64,000 nt of DNA from Amphiscolops sp. MND2022 (lineage: Eukaryota). The stretch covers positions 26,848,001 to 26,912,000 of the forward strand of contig OZ076409.1 of assembly GCA_964187785.1 (NCBI GenBank), read 5' to 3'. Below are positions 38,501 through 51,489 of this stretch, piece by piece. A program made the translations under genes and the position numbers. Each line of letters starts with the position of its first letter. The first letter of the stretch is position 1. The notes under the pieces were generated by a model. The model did no database searches. It saw nothing but the letters and a program-made list of their open reading frames with translations, and was not told the origin of the DNA.

Positions 38501-39339
38501 ACCGTTCTCCTTACAGATCTTCTTATAGATCCCCATATAGACAAAACTCTCGTCCTAGATACAGATCACGCTCCTATTCAAGAGATAACAAATTCACCAA
38601 ATACACAAATTCATATAGACCACCTTCAAGACCAAGAGACTCTCGATTTTCTAGATCTCGCTCACACTCAAATTCCAGAAATAAAATCAATATGATACAA
38701 CAACAAGAGCAAACTGACCCTATCAAATTTGAAGTACACATGTATCACCCAACAGCAATGGCAAATGCTGTCACACCTACAAGTTGGTTTTATACTCTAT
38801 ATGTACACACCCCATCAAGTATAGTACAAAGAGACAACCCATCTAGATTAGAAATTGCATTCCTCCTAGATAGCGGTGCTTCCATTTCTGTACTCAATTA
38901 TCCAACATACATAACTCTTACAAAACTTCTCGATATCAGACCAAATCACACCTCTGATGTTGGACCAACTCGAAATTCCAAAACACTAACTGTTGCAAAC
39001 CAAACTGAAGTTCCTATTTTACATTATGCAAATATAATTCTGAACACCACTATTGACGAAAACTCTCGTTACTTTTCAGTACCTTTCGCAGTAGCTGATA
39101 TTAAATACAATATCCTTGGTACACCATTCTTTGAAGACAATATACAAAACATAAACATACAAGACTTTACACTCGAATTTAAATACCAATCAAAAACACA
39201 CCCAAATTATGCAAAATTTACAACACTCCTATCTAAAGATTATCCATACTTCTCTTACATTTATAGAATTAATTCAAAAACTCAAATACGTCTAAAACCC
39301 AAATCTTCAAAAATTGCACACTTTCCGATTAAAAATTAA
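35568..39339 (+). pseudogene. gag: Extended Gag plus protease: ~290-aa unknown N-terminal domain, S/T/P/Q/N-rich linker, capsid, CCHC knuckle, RS-rich tract, aspartic protease
   Basis: 36358-39339 is one frame with a single TAA (36748-50), and 35568-36446 joins it by a frameshift. Motifs: 'PFDG...LTGTALSWY...W.AFVQAFKKQF', 'CSYCHRTNHSISAC', 'FLLDSGASIS', 'NILGTPFF'. Confidence 0.85.
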
Positions 39340-39640
39340 AAATCCGATGGCTTAAAAAGCTTTATCCGATCTTTAAAAGCCAGATATTTGTGCAACTATT
39401 ATTCAGAACACTTCAAAACATATTGTAACCCTACCTACAGGACATATTGGATACATTGAAGTTCCAATTACTAATGAAAAACCTCAATTCTTCCAAGTCA
39501 ACGACATTAATACTTTAATACACAATGTTACCCATACTTATCATCGTGATATTACTGAACCACTTTCACAGACCAATTATATTGTACAATATGATGATCC
39601 TACAACCCCTCCTCCACAATTCTCTCTACATCAAATTTAT

Positions 39641-41758
39641 ATGACAAATAGCGACATTCCAAACCAAACTTCTCCTTTATATAACGTTCAGCCTACTTCT
39701 CATACTTCCGAAAAACGCATTTTCCCTTCTCTACCATATACTTCTGAAAATCTGAAATTTATTAATAAATTTAACTTCCAATTTTCTGACCTTACAGATT
39801 CAGAATACATTACTCTTTGCAATATGTTACTCAAATATAAAACATGTTATGCAACTCATAAAAACGATGTTGGAAAAATTTCAACACCCTTTCGTATAAG
39901 ACTTAAACCAAATGCTCAACTTATGACACAACGTCCTTCCAAAGTCCCTATTCACTACCGAGACAAACTTAATGTACTTCTTAAAGAACTCGAAAAATAT
40001 AACATAATCAAACAAATTGGTTCTTCTCCTCAAGACAAACCCGTTTATGGCACAACTTATTTAAATCCTCTTATTATAATCCCCAAGGGAGATACAATAA
40101 AATGTGTATTAGACGCTCGACATCTTAACTCCAATACAGAACAATCTGATGAATCTTGGCCTATTGAACCTCTTGCTCCACAACTAGCACGCGCAAATAA
40201 AAAGTACAAATCCGCTATTGACCTTATGTATGCCTATGCACATACACCTCTTGACGAAGATACTATAAAACTTACTAAATTCTCCTCCGGAGACAAACTT
40301 TTCGCTTTTATCCGAGGCTTTTATGGTCTCAAAGGACTACCAAACTTCTTTACAAAACAAATGTCTACTTTCTTTAAAACTCTTATAGAACAAGGTTTCG
40401 CTCTTGTCTACATTGACGATATATTACTTTTATCTGATTCTAAAGAACACATGTTTCAACTCATAGAACAATTGCACATTATTAGTACAAAAAATAATCT
40501 TAAACTAGCCCCTGAAAAATCCTTTTTCATGCTTCTTAAAGTCAAATTCCTTGGACATGAAATTGGTTACAATACAATTAAACCAATCCACTCAAAAATT
40601 GCAGCTATTCATAAGATTCCTTCTCCAACTGGCAAAGTTGCCCTAATGAGTTTCATTGGCGCACTCAATTTTTACACCAAATTTATTGAAAAACTACATA
40701 TTAACCTCAAACCGTTTTACGTCCATGAAAACACTCCTTGGAAATGGACAGACGAACACAAAAGTCTATTCCAAAAACTTAAAATGTCTCTCACTTCTGA
40801 AACAGAATTAACAATACCAAATACAAAACATCCATTTTTCATTACAGTTGACGCTTCTCTTATTGGATTAGGCGCTGTCTTATTCCAATTAAATGAACAA
40901 AACAAAATGAAAGTCATATCGTACAACTCTCGTATACTTAATCCACAAGAACAAAAACTCTCCACACTTGATAGAGAACTTCTTGGTATCGTACACGCAC
41001 TTCAAATCTATGAATTTCTCATCATAGGTTCTCCCCATCCAATACACATTTTTACTGATCACAAACCTTTATTACATTGTTTTACAAAGAAAGGTAATCT
41101 CAGTCCTCGTTTCTACAGAGCTCAAATGCAACTGACTAAATTTTCAAAACTCAAAATAATTCACACTCCTGGAAAAAATCTCTCTGTTGCCGATATGTTG
41201 AGTCGCTCATTCACAAAAGCTGAATTACAACTAAACCAATTAAAACATAAACACCTCCCACCACAAATCGATTTTGCACTATTACAAGATAACACTCTTA
41301 ATCCTGTACATTACTTAATAAAACATGAAGAAATTTTACCTCATCAAAAACATGACTCTCATCCAATTCTTGCTGATTATGGTACAGATCAATTCTCTAT
41401 TCGTATCAATGATAAAGGAAATGACATTGTTGTCAAACCGTTACAATCCTTCTCATTCAAATCCATAACTCCTTTTCAAACTAAGTTCAAGACACCTACC
41501 AAAAAGAACAACAGAACCCTTCATCAACAATCTCTCTTACTTAATGATACTGACGTTACAAGTCATGACGAAGATCATATTTACACCAGAATTCCAAAAT
41601 CTAACTCTTCCTTCTTACAAGACACAACATTACAAACAGAAAATTATTCTACTCTTAAACAACCAAATCACAACACCCCACAGAAATTAGTTCCTGCAAT
41701 AAATGTACAACCAAATTTACCATCTCTCACACAGTCAACAAATCGTACCTTTTTATGA
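39641..41758 (+). pseudogene. pol: gypsy RT and RNase H plus a long spacer
   Basis: 'CVLDARHLN', 'IDLMYAY', 'GLKGLPNFF', 'VYIDDIL', 'KFLGH'; RNase H 'VDASLIGLGAVL...ELLGIV...TDHKPL...ADMLSR'. Confidence 0.95.
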
Positions 41759-41829
41759 TACATCATTTTTTAAGTACAAAAATTATTTTCAAGGTTTCTT
41801 CCTTCCCGATGATTACTCATTAGACATAA

Positions 41830-43659
41830 AACTCTTCAACAACAACAATCTCAAGATCCGGTTCTCAGAACTGTTTATTCTTGGTTATTAAACAATGAAA
41901 ACCCGAATTTGTAACACCTCTTATCACTGGTACTCCATTTCTACATGTATCTTACAAAAGATTTTCACAACTTTTCATTGACGAATCCACAAATCTTATT
42001 AGTCTATATATTACAAACCCCACTGTTATTAACCAATCCTCTACTCCAAATTTTGTACAAGACACTATTCGTATATGCCTACCTTTCCGACTGTTTAAAA
42101 CTGTCTTTAACAAACTTCATGAACACTCTCATACTGGTATGAAAATCACCTACAATACATTCAAACAATATTACTATATCCCATTCCTTGAAAAATGGCT
42201 TTCCATTTTCATACATGACTGTATTGAATGTCAACGAAACAAACACTTTAATATGAAAATTCAAACTGCTCCTACACAATCTTTTTCAGAACATGCTCCA
42301 TCTTTCAACTATCGAATTTCAATGGATACTAAAGGACCTATTAATCCTCCTTCTCACAACAAATCCTATATACACGTGATAATTGACGCTTTTAGTCACT
42401 TTGTTGTTACAGTACCCATCAAATCAAACAACGCAAAGACTGCTAACAAAACTCTCCTACACCATTGGATTATTAAATTTGGACCACCCATATATCTTGT
42501 CACTGATCGTGGATCAGAATATGTTAATAAAGAAATGGCACACCTTTGCACACTTATGGGAATTCGTCATTCTCCTCGAACAGCTTATTCTCCTTGGACA
42601 AACGGCCTTGTTGAAGTACAAAATAGAAATCTTGGTACCCATTTACGAATGTTGTTACATGATACACCTAAAAATTGGGCATTCCAAGTCCATATGTACG
42701 CTTATGCACATAACTCACAACCACTTTCAGAACTCAACATTTCACCTCACGAAATTGTTTTCCACACTCGACCCAGAATACCCCTTACATTTGATTTGAA
42801 CCTTAACCGAGACACCTCTAAAACATGTATTTCACGATATTGCTCTCAACTTCCAGCACACTCCCATTATGATAAATCCGATTTAAACCCATTTTTCTAT
42901 AAAACACTTTCAAAATCCATACCACATTGGTTTCTCGCTGTAGAAACTGCTATGTTACAAATTTATTCTACAGTATACGAAAACACTCTAAGAAAAATCA
43001 ATTCACACGCATATATTACAAAAACTTATCATGAAGGTAAACCCCTTCCTATTGGTACCTTTGTTTTAAAACGCATTTTTACCCACGTTCACTTTTCTGA
43101 CAAACTAAAACCCCTTCGGATTCGACCATATAAAATTCTTGACAGATTATCAGACGTCACATATGCACTACTTGCACAAGATGGCTCTACAGTACACGTC
43201 CACAGAAATCATTTAATTCCATACTATCCAAAAGAACCACTCTTATACCCACACCTGCGTAGTTTTATGCGCTTTTCAGACACAACTCAATTTCAAATTC
43301 CACAACCTACCAAATATGCAAACAGTGATTCTTCTCCTTTTAACTCTGACGAATCGTTGTCAGAAGAAGATTCCCAAACATTTGTAACACCATCATCATT
43401 TATTACATCCAATCAGAATACACCATCTATAACATCCAATGACAGTTCTTTGACTCCCTCAACCAATGACAACTCCTTATATAGACATATAATTATTACC
43501 CCTCATACTATTATCTCTAGTGACAGATCAAGACACTCATCTAATAACCAAACCACTTCACTTCCTCCTATAATTGACAGAACCACAAAAACTACCTATA
43601 AACTACGACAACAACCCAAATTAGATTATAGACTTTTTATTACACCTTCACAACTGTAA
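41830..43659 (+). pseudogene. pol: gypsy integrase (HHCC, DDE core, C-terminal SH3-like region, Ser/Thr tail); 5' part frameshifted
   Basis: 'LHEHSHTGMKITY...CIECQ', 'ISMDTKGP', 'VTDRGSEY', 'NGLVEVQN', 'PYKIL...VHRNHL'. Confidence 0.93.
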
Positions 43660-43709
43660 TCTAGTCATTCTATCTGTTGGCTCACTCAAAACTAGTCACT
43701 CCGGTTGAA

Positions 43710-44990
43710 TGAATGAAATATAACCCATAACAAGTTATCTCAAAGATAACCTGTTAAAAACACTTCAACAACCCTGGATTCTTCCTCTGATATATCTCCA
43801 TCAGCTCCAAGTATTCCTTCCCCACCTGAATCTTCAGTATCTAGCACCACAAACTCTAGTAATGTAACTCCTACTACTCCTTCTAAAAGACCAAGATCAT
43901 ACATCTCTGAAACCACCTCTTCTTCACTTCTTCACAGACCACCTATAACCGAAATTCCTATAAACACTCGTCCCCAACAAACTCCTATTAACACTCCTAT
44001 TATACACATACCAAACCCTGAAAGTGTTGAACAATACGTAACATACAAACATCCTACAGCTATCAAAACTGTTAGACTCCAACCTCAACTTAATCTTGTA
44101 CAAATCACTGATACTGAATATACAAAGCTACCTCCACTAAAATTACCTTCAGAACATAGCACTACTCCTTCAAAACTTTATCCCCATTAAAACCTCTTCG
44201 AAAACCCTCTACATCACTCTCGAATCTCTTAGACAATAATACTTCTGACTACGCTCCATCACAAGACACAAGCTCACTTTTTGTACCTAAACATAGATAT
44301 AATCTTCGTGACCTTCCTTCACGTAGACTTAGTACAGACACTTCAACACTCAATTTTTCCGCTCTTTCTAGCAATTCTGCATTACGACTTGTAAGACAAC
44401 ACGCTCAACCATTGTCCTCTGACACACCATCTTCAGAACTCTTTCAATCTCCTTATTTTACTTCTGGTTTTGAAACCGCTTCATTACTCTCATCTAACCC
44501 ACAGACTGCATTTCTATCAGGAGATCTCTTTTCACAAGTAGTAATCCCTACTCCTGTTCCTGCACATATTAGACTGCCCGAATACTATACTGCAGAACAC
44601 TCTAGACCTCCAACTCCAAATTTTGCTGACTATCCACTTAGAGTCGATGGTATAACCATCTACGACCCACAAAACGACCCCCGATTTCCAATTCTTGCAG
44701 AACGTTTTATTAACAACAACGACCTCTTATCTCACAAACGCAAAGAAACAGAACTGAAACGTCTCCAGGCATCAAATCTAGAACTTAAATTTGAAGTCAA
44801 AGTTAAATTTCAAGGATTAAATCCACACCCAATATTTCACGTTTCTAAGATAGAACATAAAACCTCTCCTGCTCCTTTCGAAGTAGTACATATTGAATTT
44901 GAACGCGATCTTAATATACCCACTATCACATATGGCAACATTGTCTTCTGTAACCCATATTCCGGTCTCAAATATACAACATCTTTTTAA
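43710..44990 (+). pseudogene. Unassigned ORF between IN and env (Ser/Pro/Thr-rich N-terminal part, globular C-terminal part), disrupted
   Basis: Long open S/P/T-rich reading from ~43750 to 44190, then a frameshift into the frame of ORF 44412-44990. Confidence 0.5.
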
Positions 44991-47640
44991 ACCCTACACA
45001 ACCTTTTACATAACAACTCTGATTCTTTATTTACATTTATTTAACTCTACCTTTTCCATACCCATAACACCCTCTGACACAGAAAACTATCTTCCATCGG
45101 ATGACCCGAATATTACAAATCTCATGGTTTCTCATTATGACTGTGCAAAACAACACAATCTGAGACAATTTAATTTACTCAATGTAAAACAATGCACTGA
45201 AGCTCCTTCTGACATTAAACATGCAAGTGTTAAAGCCCGTGTATATGTCCGAGCAAAAGCTAAACGCATCAAAGCTTTCAAATGTGTTGCTTATGCAAAA
45301 AAGGAAAGAAAAATATGCTTTCAAGGTTCCGTTAAGTACCGTCGTGTTGATAGAACCGTATGGAATCATAATACATTACCGCTCCCTGTTACTCTTGATC
45401 CAGCAGAATGTAAAAACATTATACGACATTTAAATGGTACAAATGATAAAATACTGAATAACCTTCAATACAACAAAACCTTTACACTCTTAGAAGACCA
45501 TTATTTTCAAGAACGTTTAGAACAATATCAAACTCCTTTCACTGTATATCAACTGAACAAAATGTATACAGGTACATTTACATTTATGCCTGCTGATAAA
45601 AACTGGATATATGACCCTACAAAAAACCCTTATCATAACTGTCCTGCTCATCATCAATTCGAAGTCAACTTAGTTAGTTGGCGACTAGAAATTTCTGAAG
45701 TAGAACTTACATATGATGACACATCAAATGACATGATAATTGATGGACATACATTACCCTGCTACTTTGCAGATGGCTTCTGTAAACCCACTACAAAAAC
45801 TCCTTTTACTCTTGTTTGGTTTAATGATGATTATTGTCTAATTTTTACACTACAAGACTTTATTGGACGTATGACTAAAATTGAAGATAGATATTGGATT
45901 GAAACAGACTCTTTTGTACATTCTCCACATCCAATAAAATATAAAACAGCTTCTGGCATAAAAGGTACAGAACACCCCTATGTTTATGCTCCTCATACAC
46001 AACACCCAAATAATCCAAGTCTTTCAAGATTTGAAGTTTTTCCTACAGCACAAACCTTTTGTGGTAAACCAGACCTTCTTTATTCTACACAATATTCAGA
46101 CCTTTTTGTTACATACACTGATGGTTTCAATATGCATACAGGACAACCTAATCCTCATTCCATGATTGATGAGTATATTTCTGGTAAAATAGTATTGGAC
46201 ACTTCAAATAACAAATTTGTATTTCCTGCATTAAATGTATCAAACAATTTTGCTACCATTGATTATGATGCACATATAAACACCAAAATCGATTATACTA
46301 TTAATCATGTTTTCCGATCAATGACAGTACAAGAACTAAATACTCTTCATACAATATGTGAACTAGAACGAAATCAACTCCTTACAATACTCGCAATGTC
46401 AGTACAAAACCCTCAACTTGCTGGTTTCCTTTTAACCGGTAATAGAAGTAACTTCTTATACGTTGAAGGCTCAACCGCCTGGCTTTACGACTGTCCTCAT
46501 TTTTTATTTCCTTTATACAAAGCAGATAGATGCTTTGACCGTATACCCATACATTTTAAAGATACCTTAATGTACGTTGATCCTATTACCAGACAAACTT
46601 ATGATTATGCTACACCAATTACATGTGATAATAATCCACGTAACATTATTGAACTAGATCCTGATTCAGACGATCAAGACTTTTACATTCTTGGACCTGA
46701 ACCTATCAAACGCAAACCTCCACTAATGTTTACACCCTCACAAATCAAAACTACAATACGCCCTAATACTTTTACAGCCCAAGATGCTGGTATATATTCA
46801 AATGCAGAACTTGACCAATTTTGGAACCGTATTTTATTTTCTAAACATTCTGATTCTACACTCCAATTAATAGGCAAAGCTCTTAGTTATTCATTCATTT
46901 CATCTAATACTCCAAATTACGATGCAGATTCCCCTCAAGATTCTGGTAATCCTTACAATACATTACGCATAGGACTCCATGATAAACTCTTGAATTTAAC
47001 TCCTCTTTTTACACCTACATGGTTTTCAGATGCTTTTATTGCACTTTTTGGATACCCTTGTTACATTCTCACACAATGTGGTATATAGTTTTCTACATTT
47101 CTTTTCGTACAAGCTGCTCTTACACTCATTGTAAAACTGTACAAAACAATATCTATTAAATATAATCACAAAAATAATATTACTTTACTTAGTTCTATAG
47201 CACATGGTTTTTTTAATGTTCTTACAGCACGAATGGTCAGTGACCTCCATGAGACTCAAAACCGAAAACCCAAAAGTACACTTTTAAAATCCAAATCTTT
47301 AGATAATTTTATTGACACTTCTCCAAATTTAATTAACCATTCTACAGATGTTACTTCCCCTCCACCTTTCTATACTAAACGACCTAACAAAATTCAATTT
47401 CCTAAATTTAACTTTTTTCCGAAACGACACCACAATTCTCACCATAAAACAACTCCACTTCCTTTCTCTCCTGTTCAACATCCTACACTTCCTAATTATA
47501 CTCATAAAAACTTTCACTCGAATGACAATCTAACTACTCAACATGACACTTTAATTAACAACCCTGTCACTTCTACTACGGATACACCATTTACAATTTA
47601 TTCGCGGATAAACTATCCTTTTCCTCCTCCATCTTCTTGA
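44932..47640 (+). pseudogene. env: Envelope glycoprotein resembling chuvirus G / class III fusogens; one in-frame TAG at the start of the TM region
   Basis: Hydrophobic signal 'FYITTLILYLHLFNSTFS'; 'HYDC...FNLLNVKQC'; 'ICELERNQLLTILAMSVQNPQLAGFLL...LYDCP...CFDRIPI...YVDPITR...ITCD'. The frame continues past TAG (47086-88) into a TM segment 'FSTFLFVQAALTLIVKLY' and a cytoplasmic tail ending at 47640. Confidence 0.8.
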
Positions 47641-47903
47641 ACACTCTCTCAGTTTTTCTCTAACTCTCTTTCAGTACACTTGCCTACTATTTCTTCACAA
47701 TTGCTACTCCTCCACCACTCGAAACTCTTGCAGAAGTTCATCTTCCTCAGCCCAATAATACTTCTCTCATAATAACCGTCTTCAAAAACTCTTCAACTAA
47801 AGTTGACAAATCCACTCGTTAGTGTAATTTATAGTACTTTAACTTTAAAGTGCTAAGGCCTCTTGGAATAGATAACACTGTGATTATTGATGTTTTTAAA
47901 ACA

Positions 47904-49229
47904 ATGACACAAGCACAAATTGACCTACAAACACAGCTTGAACAAGCAACCCCAACAGATCTAATAACTAGACCTCTTTCAAATGATTCTCCTGTTCTCT
48001 ATATTGAGACTTCAGAACAAACACCTCCAATTTTCCTTGAACCAATGGAACACACAAAAGTTGAAAATGAAAATCCAAAACCTACTCCTCCACAAGATGA
48101 TACTGATCATACACAATCGACACCACCTCCTCCCAAAAAGCGATATCAAATAATGAAAGATCCAATCTTTCTTTCATCACCAATATATCCTCCTTCAATA
48201 CCTTCAAAAATTTCACTTTGCACGAATCGCGATGATCATTTGATCTCAATTCTTTCTACTGACGATTTCGTCTTCAAAGCACAACTAACTTCTCTATATA
48301 TGCATCCTACTGACTATTCATTTCGCTTATATGACAAAAATCAAGACTTCTTCACATCCATTGCTTCCAAAATAATGGGTCCATACCAATATTGGCTCGA
48401 AAATGGAGTTAAAATTTTCTCTCTCCAATTCAATTTTCTTCGACCTTCTATATACGATCTCAAAACAGATGAATCTGATCCATCCTTTCTCTCTATAGCA
48501 CAAAAAGCTACTCATCATCAGACATATACTAAATTTCTACAATACACGAAATCACAAAATCACATTTTTGTCAATTACAAATATTCATCACCGTTCACAA
48601 TGACAAATATATAGGTTCTGGACCACTCCTGTATAACAGGCTACCTTCGGAACTATGACCCTATAAAACAATACTTCTGTTTGCTTCCATATAACAATAC
48701 TTCACGTCCACTTATTGTACCTCAAGAATATCTCATACATTACGATGATTTTTTGTTGCCTTGCAACATTCCTACTCAAATTGCAAAACCTCTTACTGTT
48801 ATTAAACACCTCGTTTCTTCTCCATTCGACGATAAAGATAGAACATCCTATACAGCACTCTACAAACAAACGTATTCCTACAATGAACTTCTCCTTATCT
48901 CTGCCAAAACTATCTCTTTCATGGTACAAGCTGAACAAAAACCTGAACATAAATCACACACTTCACCCATAAAAAACGCTCCTGACAAACTTTCCTCTGT
49001 ATTAAACAACCGACCACTTCGCGACATAACAAAACTTGAACCCTATAAACGAAACTCCTCTGAAACACCTATCACAACACTCACACATATACTACACTGC
49101 TACGACAGAACACACAAACTCCTTCAGACACTCGATTTAGACTCTCAACGCATCACTCAATCATCCCAAGCAATCCAATCTGCTTTGGAAACTATAACTA
49201 CTCTTTTTAACTCAACTGATCTTCATTAA
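47904..49229 (+). pseudogene. Unassigned accessory ORF downstream of env (about 440 aa if frameshifts near 48600-48650 are repaired)
   Basis: ORFs 47850-48614 (ATG at 47904) and 48681-49229 are adjacent on the same strand; 'PPPPKKR' NLS-like motif and a C-terminal heptad-like segment. Confidence 0.55.
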
Positions 49230-49648
49230 AATCTTTTACAGGTAATAGAAAGTTCTTAATTTTTCTTCTATGGTACACTCTATGATACATCTGTGACACA
49301 TCCTTCAAGGTATTTTCATTTTTACCTACTTCTTTAAAGTAAATTCTTGCTTTTGAATGAAATCTCAGGACTATTTTTCAAGTACACTAATTTTTCCTAC
49401 AGTACATGTCCAAAAAACTAACTATTTCTATTAAAAACACTACAATACAAGACATACAAGACAGTATGGCACATAACTACATATGATACATTCTAGCACC
49501 CAATTTTGTTGTACATCTTTGACTCGATATTGTCATTCTTCTTACACTTCCTTTGTTTTAGAAACATCCATTCTTCTTCCTCCTCCTTCCATTCTCTTTC
49601 AGAACATCTCTACTTCTCCTTTTTCGTCTTCCACAGGACTCTCTCGTC

Positions 49649-50101
49649 ATGGCCCCCAACGCTGAAATACAAGATATAATTACAATGACTTCCAGCCATT
49701 CTAAAGTTCATAGCCTAAAAGCAGCTATTTTCCACACAATGGCATACAAACTTTCCCTGGAAATAAACAACAATAAAATAACGCCAAAATCTCTTATCGC
49801 CTTTCTGAAAGTCTTATATAATGTCACCCAAATCAAAAAGAAGCACATTACATTTGAATAATATTCAAGGCTTCATGTTGCCGGACCAAAAATAGCCATA
49901 TGTGAAACGGCTTCTAATGTCGTTTTTGTGTTAAACTCGGCGTTCACGTCTAAAGACCAATACTTTCAAGCTGCCCTCCACGAAGCCACCAACGCATTCA
50001 ATGAGATGCTTCATAGTTTTGGATATACCCAAAAACTCGAACACTATGGTCCTCACCAACATCAGGCACACCCACCTCAACAACATCCTCTATACAACTA
50101 A
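49649..50101 (+). pseudogene. Unassigned ~150-aa accessory ORF with one internal stop
   Basis: MAPNAEIQ...HITFE*YSRLHVAGPKIAICETASNVVFVLNSAF...HPLYN*; the frame stays open for 79 codons after the TAA. Confidence 0.5.
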
Positions 50102-50309
50102 ACCAATATTCTACTTACTTCATCACTCTTCAACTCCATCTCTTCTTGAATCCGTCATTCTTCCTCAATGATGTTTGAGATGTAGCTGTCGCTCACTCCT
50201 TCAAAGAACTCCTACACATGCTGAAACTCTTCACTCCACCCACACACGATGGTCAACAACATCCATCTCCATTTTGGGTTCATCGACGTTGCCAAACTTT
50301 GTCCTCGTC

Positions 50310-50423
50310 ACTGGTCTTCACACCTCACGATGACTTCTTGACTGGTCTTCATACTTCAAATGCTGACTTCTTGACTGGTCTTCACACCTCAACTGCTGAC
50401 TTCTTGACTGGTCTTCATACTCC
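50310..50423 (+). repeat. ~33-bp tandem repeat (about 3.5 units) in the gypsy 3' region
   Basis: Repeats of actggtcttca(c/t)ac(c/t)tca..tgctgacttcttg. Confidence 0.85.
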
Positions 50424-51489
50424 AATGGCCAATACAAATTTCAAACTGAACTGTATAATCACTTTTAACCAATATAACCTGTAACTTATTTTAATCAAAT
50501 TATAACTTTAATACAGTCTAGTGCTATTTACTCTTATCTAATCTTTAGTGCTATATAATCTTATTTATTCTTAATCTTCTCTAATCGTAGTATAATTACC
50601 CCCCATTAAAAATAATCCTTCCTAAATTCTACCTATAATTATCCTTGTAACCACAATAATATCTAGTTCCATTGTATTGTGTATCGTACAATAACTTAAT
50701 CTTATCTCATTATGTTGATACTTATATAATACACTTTAAAAATATATCTCCAATACCCATCTTTTACAGAACACAAGTCCTACTTACAGTACAAGAAATT
50801 TTCTAAGATTTTTGGACAAAATTTTTCTTTAACAAAACATGTTATACAACTTTGTTTTAATCCCCAAAAGCATTCCCAAAAATTTTCAAATTTTTCATTA
50901 GAACTCTTCAAAAATGTCACTTCTAGTTTTCCAATGTTTGAAACTTGAAATAGCCAAAGTTTTTTTCAACTCTTGCTTCTGCTCTACTCTTCACTTTTGT
51001 TGAAAATGAACTCTCACTAGAACCTTGACTTTTCGAAACTTCTTCACTTTTGGTTCACATACCCGCCAATGTTGGTTCACAACTCATTGACAACTTCACG
51101 CTTTAATTCTTAAACTTGAAAAGTTTTCAATGCTGACTAACTCATGTTGATGAAAGAATTTTTTCAAACAAGCCAATGGCTGATACGAAAAAGAAACATG
51201 AAATGATAAATAGTTGTCAACAATAACTTCAAAGAACTTGTCAGTCAAAGAAACTGAAAGAACTTGAACCTTGCTAGAACCTTTTTGCACCAATTGAATC
51301 GTCTATGACGTAAGAAGTCAAATCGTCTTAGGTTGTTCTCACTCCTTAAGTATGGTATTCTACAAAACAAAACTCATGCAACTCTAGTACAACACAAATG
51401 AAACAAACCCATGCATATAACAAAAACTTCTAGAACTCCTCAAACCCAAACTGCATATAGGTAATTTAATTTTTAAATTCCCGGTTGAT

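Noticed and set aside
39337..39400. Programmed gag/pol recoding structure after the gypsy protease
   Set aside because: The segment looks like a local rearrangement or footprint (repeated 'ttaaaaa' and 'atccgat') with only a weak hairpin. It cannot be judged without a consensus.
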